Under the pieces are notes generated by a model, which did not search any database, had not been told where the DNA came from, and was given only the letters and a program-made list of their open reading frames with translations. 64,000 bases of DNA, from positions 64,001 to 128,000 of IMG/VR virus record IMGVR_UViG_3300028045_000007; one strand, given 5' to 3'. The translations under genes were made by a program, and so were the position numbers. This DNA is from a virus. Shown here one piece after another: positions 21,128 to 31,257 of this stretch; the first letter of the stretch is position 1, and the number at the start of each line of letters is the position of its first letter.

Positions 21128-23161
21128 ATGGTAATGCAATCTGGTATTCCGCCCTTCGATTATGCATATGGCAATGGCCCCTTTAGCGTCGCGGACGCTT
21201 ATGGTGGTGGAGGTTGTGTACTTGGTCCATCTGGTGCATTATTAGAACAGGCACAGTTTGCACTGATCGCCGAGCGTCGTAGGTGGACGGGTGAAAACAC
21301 TTATGTGCGTCCTTATTTATATCCGTTTCATCTATATACACATATGGATATTACGCCCTCTGGTCCGTACGAACCGAAGGCAGATGGGTCAACACTAGGT
21401 AACTCTTTAAACCCCGGTGCTTTTATATTTGTTGATTACTTTTATGAACTTCGTGGTGCCATGGACGAGTTGTTTGGTGATATGGCAGACGATTCTGACT
21501 ACCCTTCAGAAACGTTGCGGGCGTCGTGGTTACAGGCGTTGTATCCGCATAGTCCAAGTGGATTTTATGACGCACCAGAGGGTGGAGGCGATTATGGCAA
21601 TTATCTTCATCGTATCCCATCAGAGGGTGGCGAGATAGCAATGTCGCCAGATGTCCTTGGTTCATCCGGTGTACTCTATGACATTGACTTTGGCGAGGTA
21701 ATGTTTAATCCATACCCACAAATTGGGCACTACATCAATACTTCGGCACATGGGCCGGGCGATGGTGCAAATGCAGCATTTTACATTACGGCTTCGCCGT
21801 TTTTTCCAGCGTTTCAAAAAACGAATGGCGATTTAGTTGATGTCACTGCCAATGATCCCGTAGCTGTAACATCACTGTGTGATACGACACAGACGGCTCT
21901 TGGGCGTGTGCGTCTAGATGGTTATATGCTTACTAGTGACTCGGAATACTATCTAGGCAAGAAGAGTCAAGTACATGATCGTGTACAGGATTTTACTTAC
22001 CATAGTGCTGGTATTCGACAAATTGGTAGTTCAATTGAAGACATGCCGTTTAGTCGTGTGTTTTTAACGCCCACCGCACAGGCATCTGGCGTGTATACTA
22101 TTGCCGTACGTAACCCACATGGTGTCGTTGCAAACACCACGATTGAATCTGGCATTGTGAGTAACTGGCCACCCGAACGACTAGCGTGGCCCGCACATAA
22201 TTATGAAAACGATTCCACACTTGCATTCAATGCTGGTTACGAAGTTTTTAATGATGCAATCTGGATGACAGATCAGTCACCCGAATGTTCGTCATGGCCA
22301 CACTCGGCAACATATGCTTCTGGTTTAGCTATTATGTCACCATATACTGGTCATAAGATGTGGGTGCGTCACGCCGAACTTGTTAATGATCATAAAGGTC
22401 ACAATTGGCCGACACAGATAGGTTTAGAAAGAATCAGTAATGACAATATCATTCGTGTTTCTCCCGAACGAGAAGCATTGGGCACTGGCGATTGGGACAT
22501 TAAAGTACATTTTTTACAGTATGATGACCAATTGAATTTTCTTTCTGAAATATCTTCGGATGCATTTGGATCTTTTACCACGCACAATATTACGTTTGTA
22601 GACATGTTTTATGATGGCTCTTACTTATATTGTACTAATAGCCTTTCTCAAGGTGCCGATATTTATAAGTTTGACGACACTACATTTACCTATGTTGACA
22701 AATATTCTGTTTCTGTTGACGATGTTCTAGGATTAACGGATTTACGTGGTTGTCACACCACTGTCGGTAACTATTTTTATTCTGGAACCTCTGGCGTATC
22801 AACACCAATGTCACAGAGTGGTATTTACCCTTGGTGGATCGATAGTCACAGTGCTGATCCGTCAGCTCAGGAACACGGCGTTATTGGCATTGGTGCCATG
22901 AAGAACATTGACGGTTCCTCCATTGTAGGTTATAAAAAATACGCAAACATCAAAGATATGTTTGAAGTAACGGGGGGTACACATATACAAAATGGTATAT
23001 ATGTATTCATGCAATGGAACAATAGCACAACCGACGTAAAACTTTATCTATTACGTATTGTAGAAAAAACTGATTACTGGGAGGTAGTGGCGACGTATTA
23101 TATCGACAATGATCTCAATACGTACTATCTTCAGTATGAAGGACTGCATATGGACATTTAG
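21128..23161 (+). CDS. virion structural protein (possible beta-propeller C-terminus)
   Basis: 677 aa, aromatic/beta-rich. Confidence 0.55.
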   Translation: MVMQSGIPPFDYAYGNGPFSVADAYGGGGCVLGPSGALLEQAQFALIAERRRWTGENTYVRPYLYPFHLYTHMDITPSGPYEPKADGSTLGNSLNPGAFIFVDYFYELRGAMDELFGDMADDSDYPSETLRASWLQALYPHSPSGFYDAPEGGGDYGNYLHRIPSEGGEIAMSPDVLGSSGVLYDIDFGEVMFNPYPQIGHYINTSAHGPGDGANAAFYITASPFFPAFQKTNGDLVDVTANDPVAVTSLCDTTQTALGRVRLDGYMLTSDSEYYLGKKSQVHDRVQDFTYHSAGIRQIGSSIEDMPFSRVFLTPTAQASGVYTIAVRNPHGVVANTTIESGIVSNWPPERLAWPAHNYENDSTLAFNAGYEVFNDAIWMTDQSPECSSWPHSATYASGLAIMSPYTGHKMWVRHAELVNDHKGHNWPTQIGLERISNDNIIRVSPEREALGTGDWDIKVHFLQYDDQLNFLSEISSDAFGSFTTHNITFVDMFYDGSYLYCTNSLSQGADIYKFDDTTFTYVDKYSVSVDDVLGLTDLRGCHTTVGNYFYSGTSGVSTPMSQSGIYPWWIDSHSADPSAQEHGVIGIGAMKNIDGSSIVGYKKYANIKDMFEVTGGTHIQNGIYVFMQWNNSTTDVKLYLLRIVEKTDYWEVVATYYIDNDLNTYYLQYEGLHMDI

Positions 23162-23174
23162 TGTAATTTAACGT
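23158..23174 (+). promoter_or_regulatory. putative phage late promoter TTAGTGTAATTTAACGT
   Basis: near-identical to 11987..12003. Confidence 0.55.
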
Positions 23175-23253
23175 AGACATTGGTATATATCATAGTTAAG
23201 TCTTAAGGCGTATTCTTGCGGGATAGCGACTTTTCGATTCAGGAGTTACAATA

Positions 23254-23931
23254 ATGGTATCAGGAATTAGATTTTTAGCTTGCTCTGGAGCATTAGGCAA
23301 CACTGTTGCGTCTTTGTATGGCAACGGGATGTCGTCTATCGGCCTGGAGATATTTGCTTTGGAGGTTGGTGCTGATGGCTCGCCAAACCGCATGGGCTTT
23401 TTCGGTGCTGCCGGTGCCCCAAACAGTGCCGTAATTGTTGGACAACACCAAGATCGTACGCATTGCACCAATGCTGCGGGTGCAGATCTCGGCCAGATGA
23501 TTAATGCGAAATACACTGGTGCTTCCACTGTAGAGCATTCTGGCGTACCGTTTACTGCTGGCTTTGCTGCAATTCCCAGAGAGTCTGGTACGCTATTATG
23601 TCGCTTTAAGGATCCAAATGATGGGGCGGTGATTACACAGTCGGCTTCATTCCGTGCCGTTAACTTTACCGCTGCGTCGGGCGTGCCCGACATTAGTGAT
23701 CTTGCAACTGACATTACTGTCTATGCCGTCCAGTTGCAGGATACAAGCGGTAACGCAGCCGATAGTACGTGGACCGAGATTTCAAGCGGAGGTTCGGCAC
23801 CAGGACTTAGCCTTGCTGATCAGTCGCTTGAGTCAAACATTCACGATTTCCACCTATTGGTTAGTGGTGCCCCTGCTATTGCTGGTCGTAAAACTAACTT
23901 CGGCTACTGGATACAACTAGAGTTCCTGTAA
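23254..23931 (+). CDS. virion structural protein
   Basis: AGGAG RBS; G/A/S-rich; own promoter motif and terminator. Confidence 0.6.
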   Translation: MVSGIRFLACSGALGNTVASLYGNGMSSIGLEIFALEVGADGSPNRMGFFGAAGAPNSAVIVGQHQDRTHCTNAAGADLGQMINAKYTGASTVEHSGVPFTAGFAAIPRESGTLLCRFKDPNDGAVITQSASFRAVNFTAASGVPDISDLATDITVYAVQLQDTSGNAADSTWTEISSGGSAPGLSLADQSLESNIHDFHLLVSGAPAIAGRKTNFGYWIQLEFL

Positions 23932-23955
23932 CATCTATCGCAAATAGTTACGCAC

Positions 23956-23990
23956 AAAGGGCATCTCTTGCATAGAGATGCTCTTTTTCT
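23956..23990 (+). terminator. intrinsic terminator ending the structural module
   Basis: AAAGGGCATCTCT-TGCAT-AGAGATGCTCTTT followed by T-rich tract. Confidence 0.8.
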
Positions 23991-24073
23991 GTTGACGATT
24001 GATTGTGCCACTGACACTATACTGGTACCATCCGTGCGTTGGAATAGTCCACGTACGGTTCTGGAGACAAACA

Positions 24074-24526
24074 ATGCTGGCATTTAGCTCAAGACACCCA
24101 CACGTCCCGAATCCCAAAAATGATCCGAGCGTAAGCCGTTGGATAGCGTCGCTTTCTGACGGTTCTACCGTTTTTGAAGATACCACTCCTCATGAACGAA
24201 CTGCTTGGGCACGACTTAGGGACTATGTAGATATACACAAACTAAAGGTTACTGGGTTACGATTAGAGGTGTACGGTCGTCGTATTTTGTTGGTGCCCTA
24301 CAAGGACGACGAAGGAAGACCGCAACTCAATGGGTACTTTCAAAGTAAACGTATTAGTGCTCTAATGGGCGTCGGCGGTGTGTTCGAAACTCAAGATAGC
24401 GGGATCGGCTACCTGAAGGGCAAACATGTCACAATTTCGTGGGTGCATCCTGATGGTTCTGTGAGTCAAGAAATTAGACCATACAAAGAAGGTGATCTGG
24501 CCGTGATCGTCAATGATTGCCCATGA
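24074..24526 (+). CDS. hypothetical protein
   Basis: GGAG RBS before ATG 24074 (MLAFSSRHP). Confidence 0.6.
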   Translation: MLAFSSRHPHVPNPKNDPSVSRWIASLSDGSTVFEDTTPHERTAWARLRDYVDIHKLKVTGLRLEVYGRRILLVPYKDDEGRPQLNGYFQSKRISALMGVGGVFETQDSGIGYLKGKHVTISWVHPDGSVSQEIRPYKEGDLAVIVNDCP

Positions 24527-24957
24527 ACTATCCGTCGATCACAACACCTGATATTGAGCACGACGCTGCCAACATGTTGGCGGAGTTCATTTGGCTGAAT
24601 CGCGACATTCATGCTGACATTTTCCCGTGGAGGGGACAGAATGGTAAGGAGTGGGGCAGGATTGTCGCAGCACTCAAAAAACTAATGCAGGAGCCGTACG
24701 GGCTGTCTGCTGGACAGCTTGCGTTCTACATTTGGAGCTGCAAGCCGCGTCGCATTCACCCACAGGAGTTTGCCAAGATGGTAGCGGTCGCTCGTCGCCA
24801 CTTCAAGCACTTCGCTCTCGACCAAGTTGCCCAACTGTATCAAGATAGACAACGGGAACTTGCCTCATCCGGCCTTGAGGCAGTACCGCATAAACAAGAG
24901 AAACCCAAGAACCTATTGACATTCCTCAGGGAGTTGGAACGTGGCGAAACGACGTAA
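24523..24957 (+). CDS. hypothetical protein
   Basis: ATGA coupling; overlaps the recA start. Confidence 0.55.
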   Translation: MNYPSITTPDIEHDAANMLAEFIWLNRDIHADIFPWRGQNGKEWGRIVAALKKLMQEPYGLSAGQLAFYIWSCKPRRIHPQEFAKMVAVARRHFKHFALDQVAQLYQDRQRELASSGLEAVPHKQEKPKNLLTFLRELERGETT

Positions 24958-26104
24958 GAAAACAGTAGAACCCGTGGATCAGGGAGATATCTCCTTTGAT
25001 TTTTTCAAGCAAGAGGTAGATGGTGACGGTGTACGGGTTATGACGCCACTTGAAGTTGGTGACCCTACAGCTAATCGAAGTGGCTCGTACAACCTAGACT
25101 ACGATCTTCACATTCCATTCCCGGCAGGACGCATCACTGAGGTGTTCGGCGAGGAGGGGACGTGTAAAACCACTCTAATACTTGAGGTGCTCGGTAGGGC
25201 AATTCAGGCGGGCAAGGTTGCTCTCTATGTCAATATGGAGAAAAACCTAAACCTATCATTGATGCGTACGGTGCGAACACTGCGTCCTTATCTTGATGAG
25301 GCCGTTACACAAATGGAAGAGGGCGTCACCGGCAAGTGTCCCCTATGGATTATAAACGCTACCAGTGGAGAGCAGGCGTTGGAGGCCATGAAGAAGTTTG
25401 CTTCTATGGTTCCCAATAGCGTTGCAGCCCTTGACTCTATTGATGCAGCACAACCATCGTCTGTGCTGTCGGGTGAGATTGGAGAGCGTAAAGTTGGCGA
25501 TCTCGCCAGACTGATGTCGGATGCTATGCGTAAACTTATCGGTGTAGCTGAACAGAATGACGTTGCGTTAGTGTTTGTCAATCAGGTTCGTGACAAGATT
25601 ACGATGTATGGTGATCCATCTACTACTCCTGGCGGCAGGGCAGTTAAGTTCTACTCCTCCCAACGTATCCGTCTCAAGCGACCGACCGCAAAGCAGATCA
25701 TCACAGATGTTGAGGGTAATCGTATTGGCGTGATCATCCCGTACAAGGTTGTTAAGAACAAAGTAGCCCCAGACGGTGAAGAGGGTACATTTCCCATCCT
25801 TTTCAAGAATGGCATCTTCCGTGAACAAGAACTAATCACTCGATGCTGTAACTTTGCCGTACTACGCATGGGCGGTAAAGGAGGTAAGCAGGTTTTCTTG
25901 CCGAAAGTTGATCGTGAGACTGGTGAATTCATTATGGAGAAAGGTGAGCGTGTTGAGTCTTGTATGACCCAATTCAATGCTGCTCGTCGTCTTCTTATGG
26001 ATAGCACGTTAGCCAGTAAGCTAGACAAGGAACTACAACAAGCACTACAGTCCGGTGGGCACGATCCGGTCGATGATCTACTAGATGAAATTCAAGACGA
26101 TTAG
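24941..26104 (+). CDS. recA: RecA-family recombinase
   Basis: GRITEVFGEEGTCKTT, ARLMSDAMRKL, FVNQVR, TPGGRAVKFYSS, VVKNKVAP. Confidence 0.92.
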   Translation: MAKRRKKTVEPVDQGDISFDFFKQEVDGDGVRVMTPLEVGDPTANRSGSYNLDYDLHIPFPAGRITEVFGEEGTCKTTLILEVLGRAIQAGKVALYVNMEKNLNLSLMRTVRTLRPYLDEAVTQMEEGVTGKCPLWIINATSGEQALEAMKKFASMVPNSVAALDSIDAAQPSSVLSGEIGERKVGDLARLMSDAMRKLIGVAEQNDVALVFVNQVRDKITMYGDPSTTPGGRAVKFYSSQRIRLKRPTAKQIITDVEGNRIGVIIPYKVVKNKVAPDGEEGTFPILFKNGIFREQELITRCCNFAVLRMGGKGGKQVFLPKVDRETGEFIMEKGERVESCMTQFNAARRLLMDSTLASKLDKELQQALQSGGHDPVDDLLDEIQDD

Positions 26105-26504
26105 TGGACGCGAGGTTCGTATGGACATCTTGCCCGAACGCTACCCAATGCGTTCGCGAGACCAGTGTAAGTCTAATGGACAGTACTTACTTGGTCGCGT
26201 CTTGCGTAGTATCTATGGTCAACAAGCAATGATTCTAGAAGAGTTTCCGGTTGTTGGCGAGCGTCTATGGTTAGATTTTTTACTTCTACATCACAATCTT
26301 GCATTTGAGTATCAGGGTGCCCAACACGATAAGTTTAGTAAGTTTTTTCATGGCGACAAAAAGGGTTTTCAAAAATCCAAAATACGTGATGAACGCAAAC
26401 GACAGTGGTGCGAGATCAACGGTCTTGTTTTGGTAGAGGTGCGTGGCAATCCTACGGTCGCAGACGTACAACGCATGATTCAGGAGGCAAGGGCAGATGA
26501 CTAA
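26085..26504 (+). CDS. PD-(D/E)XK/Vsr-like endonuclease
   Basis: LEEFP...LDF...AFEYQGAQH...FFH...RDERKRQWC. Confidence 0.7.
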   Translation: MKFKTISGREVRMDILPERYPMRSRDQCKSNGQYLLGRVLRSIYGQQAMILEEFPVVGERLWLDFLLLHHNLAFEYQGAQHDKFSKFFHGDKKGFQKSKIRDERKRQWCEINGLVLVEVRGNPTVADVQRMIQEARADD

Positions 26505-27948
26505 TATTGCTGCCGAGAAGGTTTTCCTGGCTGGCGTTGTGCGTCATCCTACTAAGTTGTTTGAGTATATCGAATACTTAGATGAAGACGACTTTCATCA
26601 TACTGCTACATGTATGACATTTGAGGCTCTCCGCTCCCTTGTCGTCGATAAGGAGGCCGAGAAAGTTACTAAGGCTAAGCTTGTTGCTGAGGCCAAAGCA
26701 CTAGGACACCAGAACTTCTTGTCGGCCACGAAAAATGGAGAGTGGTTAGACGAACTCATTGCCGAAGAAGTAACTACCAATGAGCTTGACGCACACTTCA
26801 TGGAAGTTAAGCGTCAATCTCTTAAGTCTAAGTATCTCGATTCATTTTCTGAGCTACGCGACTATCTTTCGACTACTGACGACCCCTTGTCCATCATGAT
26901 TGGCAAGGTTGAGAATGACGTTGTTAGTAAAGTGAACATTCTGGATAAAGGCGAGCATGCCATCCAGGATATGCGTGAAGGATTTCAAGAATTCTTGGAG
27001 AGCCTTGCTGAAGATCCTGGACACATGGGTCTTGATATTGGCTATCCATTATGGCAAGAGAGGATTGGACAGATTCGTAACGGCACCATTACGTTTATTG
27101 TCGGTACGACGGGTAGCGGCAAATCTCAGTTTGGTATGAAGGCTGCTGTCATTGCTGCACGCAAGGGCATTCCTGTATTGTATCTTGATAGTGAGCTTAG
27201 CAAGCATGACCAGTGGGTACGTATGGCTGCCATGCTTGCCAAGGTTCCGTCTGAGTATGTTGAGACCGGGTTTGTATATCTGAACGAGTCGCAGTTGCGA
27301 GATAATGGAGTAACTGACCAAACTAAGATCGACGAGATTATTGCCTATGGTCGTCGCCTTCGTGATCCACGTCTTTGGGAAGCCGTGCAGAAGATGCCTA
27401 TCTTCTATCAGTCTATTAGCGGTCTGACTGTGCCGGATGTCATTCCGCATATGCGTCGTTGGCTTTTGACTCATGTGAAGCCAGACCGTGAGACGCGAGC
27501 GGCACAATGTCTCATCGTTTACGATTACATTAAGCTATCTATGACCACCGAGATCAGTCGTGGAGTATTGGCTGAGTGGCAGCAACATGGACTTCATGTA
27601 TCTCACCTTCATGACTTTGCTAACAGATACAATATTCCGATCATTGGATTTGGCCAGACCAACAACGAGCTAGACGAAGGGATTAGGTGTGTTGCTGGCG
27701 GTAAGCGGATCAGCGAGAACGTGGATTCCGTTAGTTACTTCAAACGCAAAACCGATGCAGAGCGTGCCAATGATAGCAGCGGTACACATATGGCCAAAAT
27801 CTTTAAGTCGCGTTATGGGCGTGGCCTATGGGGCGGTTACATCAACTTCAATGCCGACCTCAGGTTTGGTGAATTTACAGAACTAGACCTTGGTAGCGTA
27901 AGACCACCCGAGACAGACGAGGAAGAAGACGATGACGATGATAACTAA
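26497..27948 (+). CDS. dnaB: DnaB-like replicative helicase
   Basis: Walker A GTTGSGKS, LYLDSEL, IVYDYI, GQTN, KSRYG. Confidence 0.88.
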   Translation: MTNIAAEKVFLAGVVRHPTKLFEYIEYLDEDDFHHTATCMTFEALRSLVVDKEAEKVTKAKLVAEAKALGHQNFLSATKNGEWLDELIAEEVTTNELDAHFMEVKRQSLKSKYLDSFSELRDYLSTTDDPLSIMIGKVENDVVSKVNILDKGEHAIQDMREGFQEFLESLAEDPGHMGLDIGYPLWQERIGQIRNGTITFIVGTTGSGKSQFGMKAAVIAARKGIPVLYLDSELSKHDQWVRMAAMLAKVPSEYVETGFVYLNESQLRDNGVTDQTKIDEIIAYGRRLRDPRLWEAVQKMPIFYQSISGLTVPDVIPHMRRWLLTHVKPDRETRAAQCLIVYDYIKLSMTTEISRGVLAEWQQHGLHVSHLHDFANRYNIPIIGFGQTNNELDEGIRCVAGGKRISENVDSVSYFKRKTDAERANDSSGTHMAKIFKSRYGRGLWGGYINFNADLRFGEFTELDLGSVRPPETDEEEDDDDDN

Positions 27949-29008
27949 AGACCAGAAGCGTATCATACGCAATCACGCCAATCGTAATGTTACGCATCTC
28001 CTAGATAAGCTAGGTGTGCCATACTACGATCGAGGTGATGGTTTGATTCAGGCGTGCTGCCCATGTCAACAACATGGCGGAGACGGAGACAACGAGACGG
28101 CCTTTAGCTGGAGGCTTGATCTAGGCAAATGGGTTTGCTGGTCACATCACTGCGAGCAAGATCGCGGCAATGACATCTTTGGTTTAGTTAGCTGTATCTT
28201 GGGAGGAGACTTTATGGTCACTCTCAACTGGATCATTGAGACGCTAGAGGAGCGTCAAGTGGATCTGGACGAAGAGGTTGCAGATCCCGAGAATCTTCAT
28301 CGTGGTGTTAAACTTCATATTCATGAGCCACTCTCTGAAGACAACCTTCAATTTCTACAGGCCGACCCTCAATATCTTTTGAATCGCGGATTTGACATTG
28401 ATGTACTGCGTCAGTACGAAGTAGGACTTTGGAATCGTCCAGGCACATATATGGATGGTCGCGTCGTCTTTCCTGTTCGTGACCACGAAGGACATCTCGT
28501 TGGATATACTGGTCGCACAATCTATTCACCTGAGCATTTTGAGAAGCGAAGCCTAACGTTTAAGAAGTGGGTTCATGGCCGTCATTACAATCGGTGGCCC
28601 AAACGTGGAGACATCTTTACTGGCTCCATTTTATTCAATCTCTGTCGTGCGAAGAAGTACCTAGAGCCCAATCGACGTTTGATTTTGGTAGAGGGGCCAC
28701 TGGACGGCATAAAGCTAGAGGAGGCCGGGATTCATAATTGGGTTGGCACTCTTGGCACGAACTTTTGCCATGCTCACCGCACCTTGCTAGTGAAGTATGG
28801 AGTGAGTGATCTTTATGTAGCGTATGACAATGATGATCCTACCAAGTACAAGGACGGCTGTAGTCCTGGCGAAAAGGGATGGGAACGCATGGAGCGTGTC
28901 GTCGGCGACCTTTTCAATATGCACCGCATCGTCCTGCCGCCCGGCAAAGACTGTGGCGATCTAAGCACACAACTACTTCAAGACATTTTTCAAGGGATCG
29001 CATGTTAA
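27932..29008 (+). CDS. dnaG: DNA primase (Zn finger + TOPRIM)
   Basis: CPC..H...CWSHHC; VVFPV..GYTGR; LVEGPLD; YDND; KDCGD. Confidence 0.88.
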   Translation: MTMITKDQKRIIRNHANRNVTHLLDKLGVPYYDRGDGLIQACCPCQQHGGDGDNETAFSWRLDLGKWVCWSHHCEQDRGNDIFGLVSCILGGDFMVTLNWIIETLEERQVDLDEEVADPENLHRGVKLHIHEPLSEDNLQFLQADPQYLLNRGFDIDVLRQYEVGLWNRPGTYMDGRVVFPVRDHEGHLVGYTGRTIYSPEHFEKRSLTFKKWVHGRHYNRWPKRGDIFTGSILFNLCRAKKYLEPNRRLILVEGPLDGIKLEEAGIHNWVGTLGTNFCHAHRTLLVKYGVSDLYVAYDNDDPTKYKDGCSPGEKGWERMERVVGDLFNMHRIVLPPGKDCGDLSTQLLQDIFQGIAC

Positions 29009-29979
29009 AACTCAAAAGCATTTCGCCGTCACGTATCAAGACGTTTGATATGTGTCGATTTAAGTACTGGTTGACGTATAACTGTCCAGACATTACCCTG
29101 AAATCAAATTGGGGTGCTTGTCATGGTTCTCTAGTTCACGACGTATTAGAGAATCTTTCGACGGGAGATGATCCCGATTGGGTTGCACGACTATATCGTG
29201 GGTATGGCGGCACTCTAGAAACTCTTGATCGGTATCAAAAGCCAGAGGTAATGGAGACTCCTTTGGTTTGGGCGAAGCCAAAAGACTACGCCGACAAGAA
29301 GCCTCACTGCGACACTTGTCCATACGCGGCTGATGGCGAATGTAGCATCTCGCGTGAGCCTTTGGATAAATTACCCGGCTGTCCTCGCTCGCTATTCGAT
29401 GGCTCTATTGCAATGATCGAGCGTGTGATAGAAAGGTATCAAGACACATGGCCGAATATCCTACGTGATCCAGAAGGAAAGTCTGTTGGCTGCGAGTACT
29501 TCTTTAAGATCAATATCCCCAAAACAGATGTTCCTATTTTGGGATATATGGACCTTGTGATTGAGAGAGACTCAGAGACGATTGAGGTTATTGACTACAA
29601 GAGTGGCACCTGGACACAAGATTACGACGAGTGTCGCAAGGATATTCAGGTTCGTATGTATTCACTCGCTGCTCGTCGTGAATTCATCGATGACATTAGT
29701 GGGCACGGATACAAATACAAGAACGTCATTATGACATTCGACTATTTTACCAAGAGCCCTATCACTGTAGCTTTTACCGCAGACGAAGATGCCAAGACCG
29801 AGCGTGACGTACTCTGTAAGATTCGAGAGATAGAAGCGACAGCATGGATTGATCGTGTCGTGAGGTCTAGCAAAGAGTTTAGCGAAAGACGAGCATGGAA
29901 GTGTAACTACTTGTGTGACTCTGGCGTTTGTGCCAACCAATGGAGTGGGAGGTTCAAGACTGATGAAGGGCAAAATTAG
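29002..29979 (+). CDS. PD-(D/E)XK exonuclease (RecB/AddB-like)
   Basis: SPSRIKTF..C, GSLVHDVLE, GYMDLV...IDYKSG, QVRMY, C-terminal CNYLC...C. Confidence 0.85.
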   Translation: MLKLKSISPSRIKTFDMCRFKYWLTYNCPDITLKSNWGACHGSLVHDVLENLSTGDDPDWVARLYRGYGGTLETLDRYQKPEVMETPLVWAKPKDYADKKPHCDTCPYAADGECSISREPLDKLPGCPRSLFDGSIAMIERVIERYQDTWPNILRDPEGKSVGCEYFFKINIPKTDVPILGYMDLVIERDSETIEVIDYKSGTWTQDYDECRKDIQVRMYSLAARREFIDDISGHGYKYKNVIMTFDYFTKSPITVAFTADEDAKTERDVLCKIREIEATAWIDRVVRSSKEFSERRAWKCNYLCDSGVCANQWSGRFKTDEGQN

Positions 29980-30571
29980 TAAGGACTGGATCGATGCCTA
30001 TTTTGAGTATGGCGTAGACGTTAATAACCGTAAGGTGTTTTTGTTTACTGGCGTAGACGAGGTAAGTATCGGTTATGTTATTAAGGGATTGTATTTAATG
30101 GAAGCCGAAATCACAACGGCTCAAAGAAACGCTGGTGACATTCCACCTATTGAACTTTTTATTGGTTCGTTTGGAGGTGATGAATACGAAATGTGGGCGT
30201 TATATGATGTCATGCGTACCCTTGAATCGCCCGTGCGTACAATTGCTATAGGTAAATGCATGAGTGCAGCCCCCCTTTTGGTTGCCTGTGGCCAACAGGG
30301 ACATCGTTATGCTACGCCAAACACATGGTTCATGGTACATCAGGGATGGGGCGAATATGGCGAGCAGCGTTACGACGAACTTAAAAAGAATATGAAACAC
30401 CAGGATGCCATGGATAAACGCTGGTATGAACTGATGGAGGCACACACTAATAAGCCAGCGTCATTTTGGAAGAGACACTGCGATCAGCCCGGCGACAAGT
30501 ACTTTAGTGCATATCAAGCACAAGAGTGGGGATTGATCGATCACGTTTGGGACGAGAAGGGAGGGGAGTAA
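29963..30571 (+). CDS. clpP: ClpP-like serine protease
   Basis: IGSFGG, CMSAA (catalytic Ser), FMVHQ, DKYFSA.QA.EWGLID. Confidence 0.88.
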   Translation: MKGKISKDWIDAYFEYGVDVNNRKVFLFTGVDEVSIGYVIKGLYLMEAEITTAQRNAGDIPPIELFIGSFGGDEYEMWALYDVMRTLESPVRTIAIGKCMSAAPLLVACGQQGHRYATPNTWFMVHQGWGEYGEQRYDELKKNMKHQDAMDKRWYELMEAHTNKPASFWKRHCDQPGDKYFSAYQAQEWGLIDHVWDEKGGE

Positions 30572-31257
30572 TGGCTAAACATACGGTTATAGTTTGTTGT
30601 TGGGAACATGGTCACGAGACTGAGCTTGTTATGACGAGACGCCAAGAGGAACGATTGGCCGAACAACTCAAAAAACTCAAGGCCGTGTGTCCCGTTTGTC
30701 GTAATGCCGAAAATGGCAATCAGCCAATCTTTATTAAGGAGGGCGAGACGCTGTTCAACCCCTCTAAGATTTACCGCTGTCGTCACGGGCATATCACCAC
30801 GATTGGTGCGTTTCAGAATGGTCACTTACACGTTAGATATGGCAATGGGCCGGAAGAATTCGTGAATATCGAGTGTACTCTCGAAGAACTCCCAGATCTT
30901 GTTGACACGAAGGACGTTTCGTGCCATCATATAGGAGACGCTGACAAGGAATGCGACTGTAAACTCAAAGAAGTTGACGATTTCGAGTTATCTGTCCCAA
31001 GAGCGGCTGGTATCAAGACGATCACACGTGTTGGCGACCTATGGGATAAGGCGGGCATCGAGCCCGTTCGTGATGGCAAGTATGATGGTGACGGCAATTA
31101 TCGTGCAACACGCACCGAGAAGGCAAATCGTCACAGGCTCGCCGCTAAACGTAAGCGTCTCATGGACGAAGATAAGCATCCTGGCAAACGGATGACCAAG
31201 ACATCGAAGAAAAAGTATACCCGTCGTCGCAAGAGCGACCTGGACATGGGATCATGA
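30571..31257 (+). CDS. Cys/His-rich hypothetical protein with basic C-terminus
   Basis: CWEHGH, CPVC, CRHGH, CDC. Confidence 0.55.
   Translation: MAKHTVIVCCWEHGHETELVMTRRQEERLAEQLKKLKAVCPVCRNAENGNQPIFIKEGETLFNPSKIYRCRHGHITTIGAFQNGHLHVRYGNGPEEFVNIECTLEELPDLVDTKDVSCHHIGDADKECDCKLKEVDDFELSVPRAAGIKTITRVGDLWDKAGIEPVRDGKYDGDGNYRATRTEKANRHRLAAKRKRLMDEDKHPGKRMTKTSKKKYTRRRKSDLDMGS

Noticed and set aside
12800-23161. Diversity-generating retroelement target
   Set aside because: No reverse transcriptase and no TR/VR near-duplicate noticed in the window
23992-24059. sigma70 promoter (TTGACG...TATACT) and leader hairpin before the replication module
   Set aside because: Spacing is 20 nt rather than 16-18; plausible but not supportable as a feature
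29002-29979. Cas4/CRISPR system
   Set aside because: No array or other cas genes seen; the replication context fits a RecB-like exonuclease
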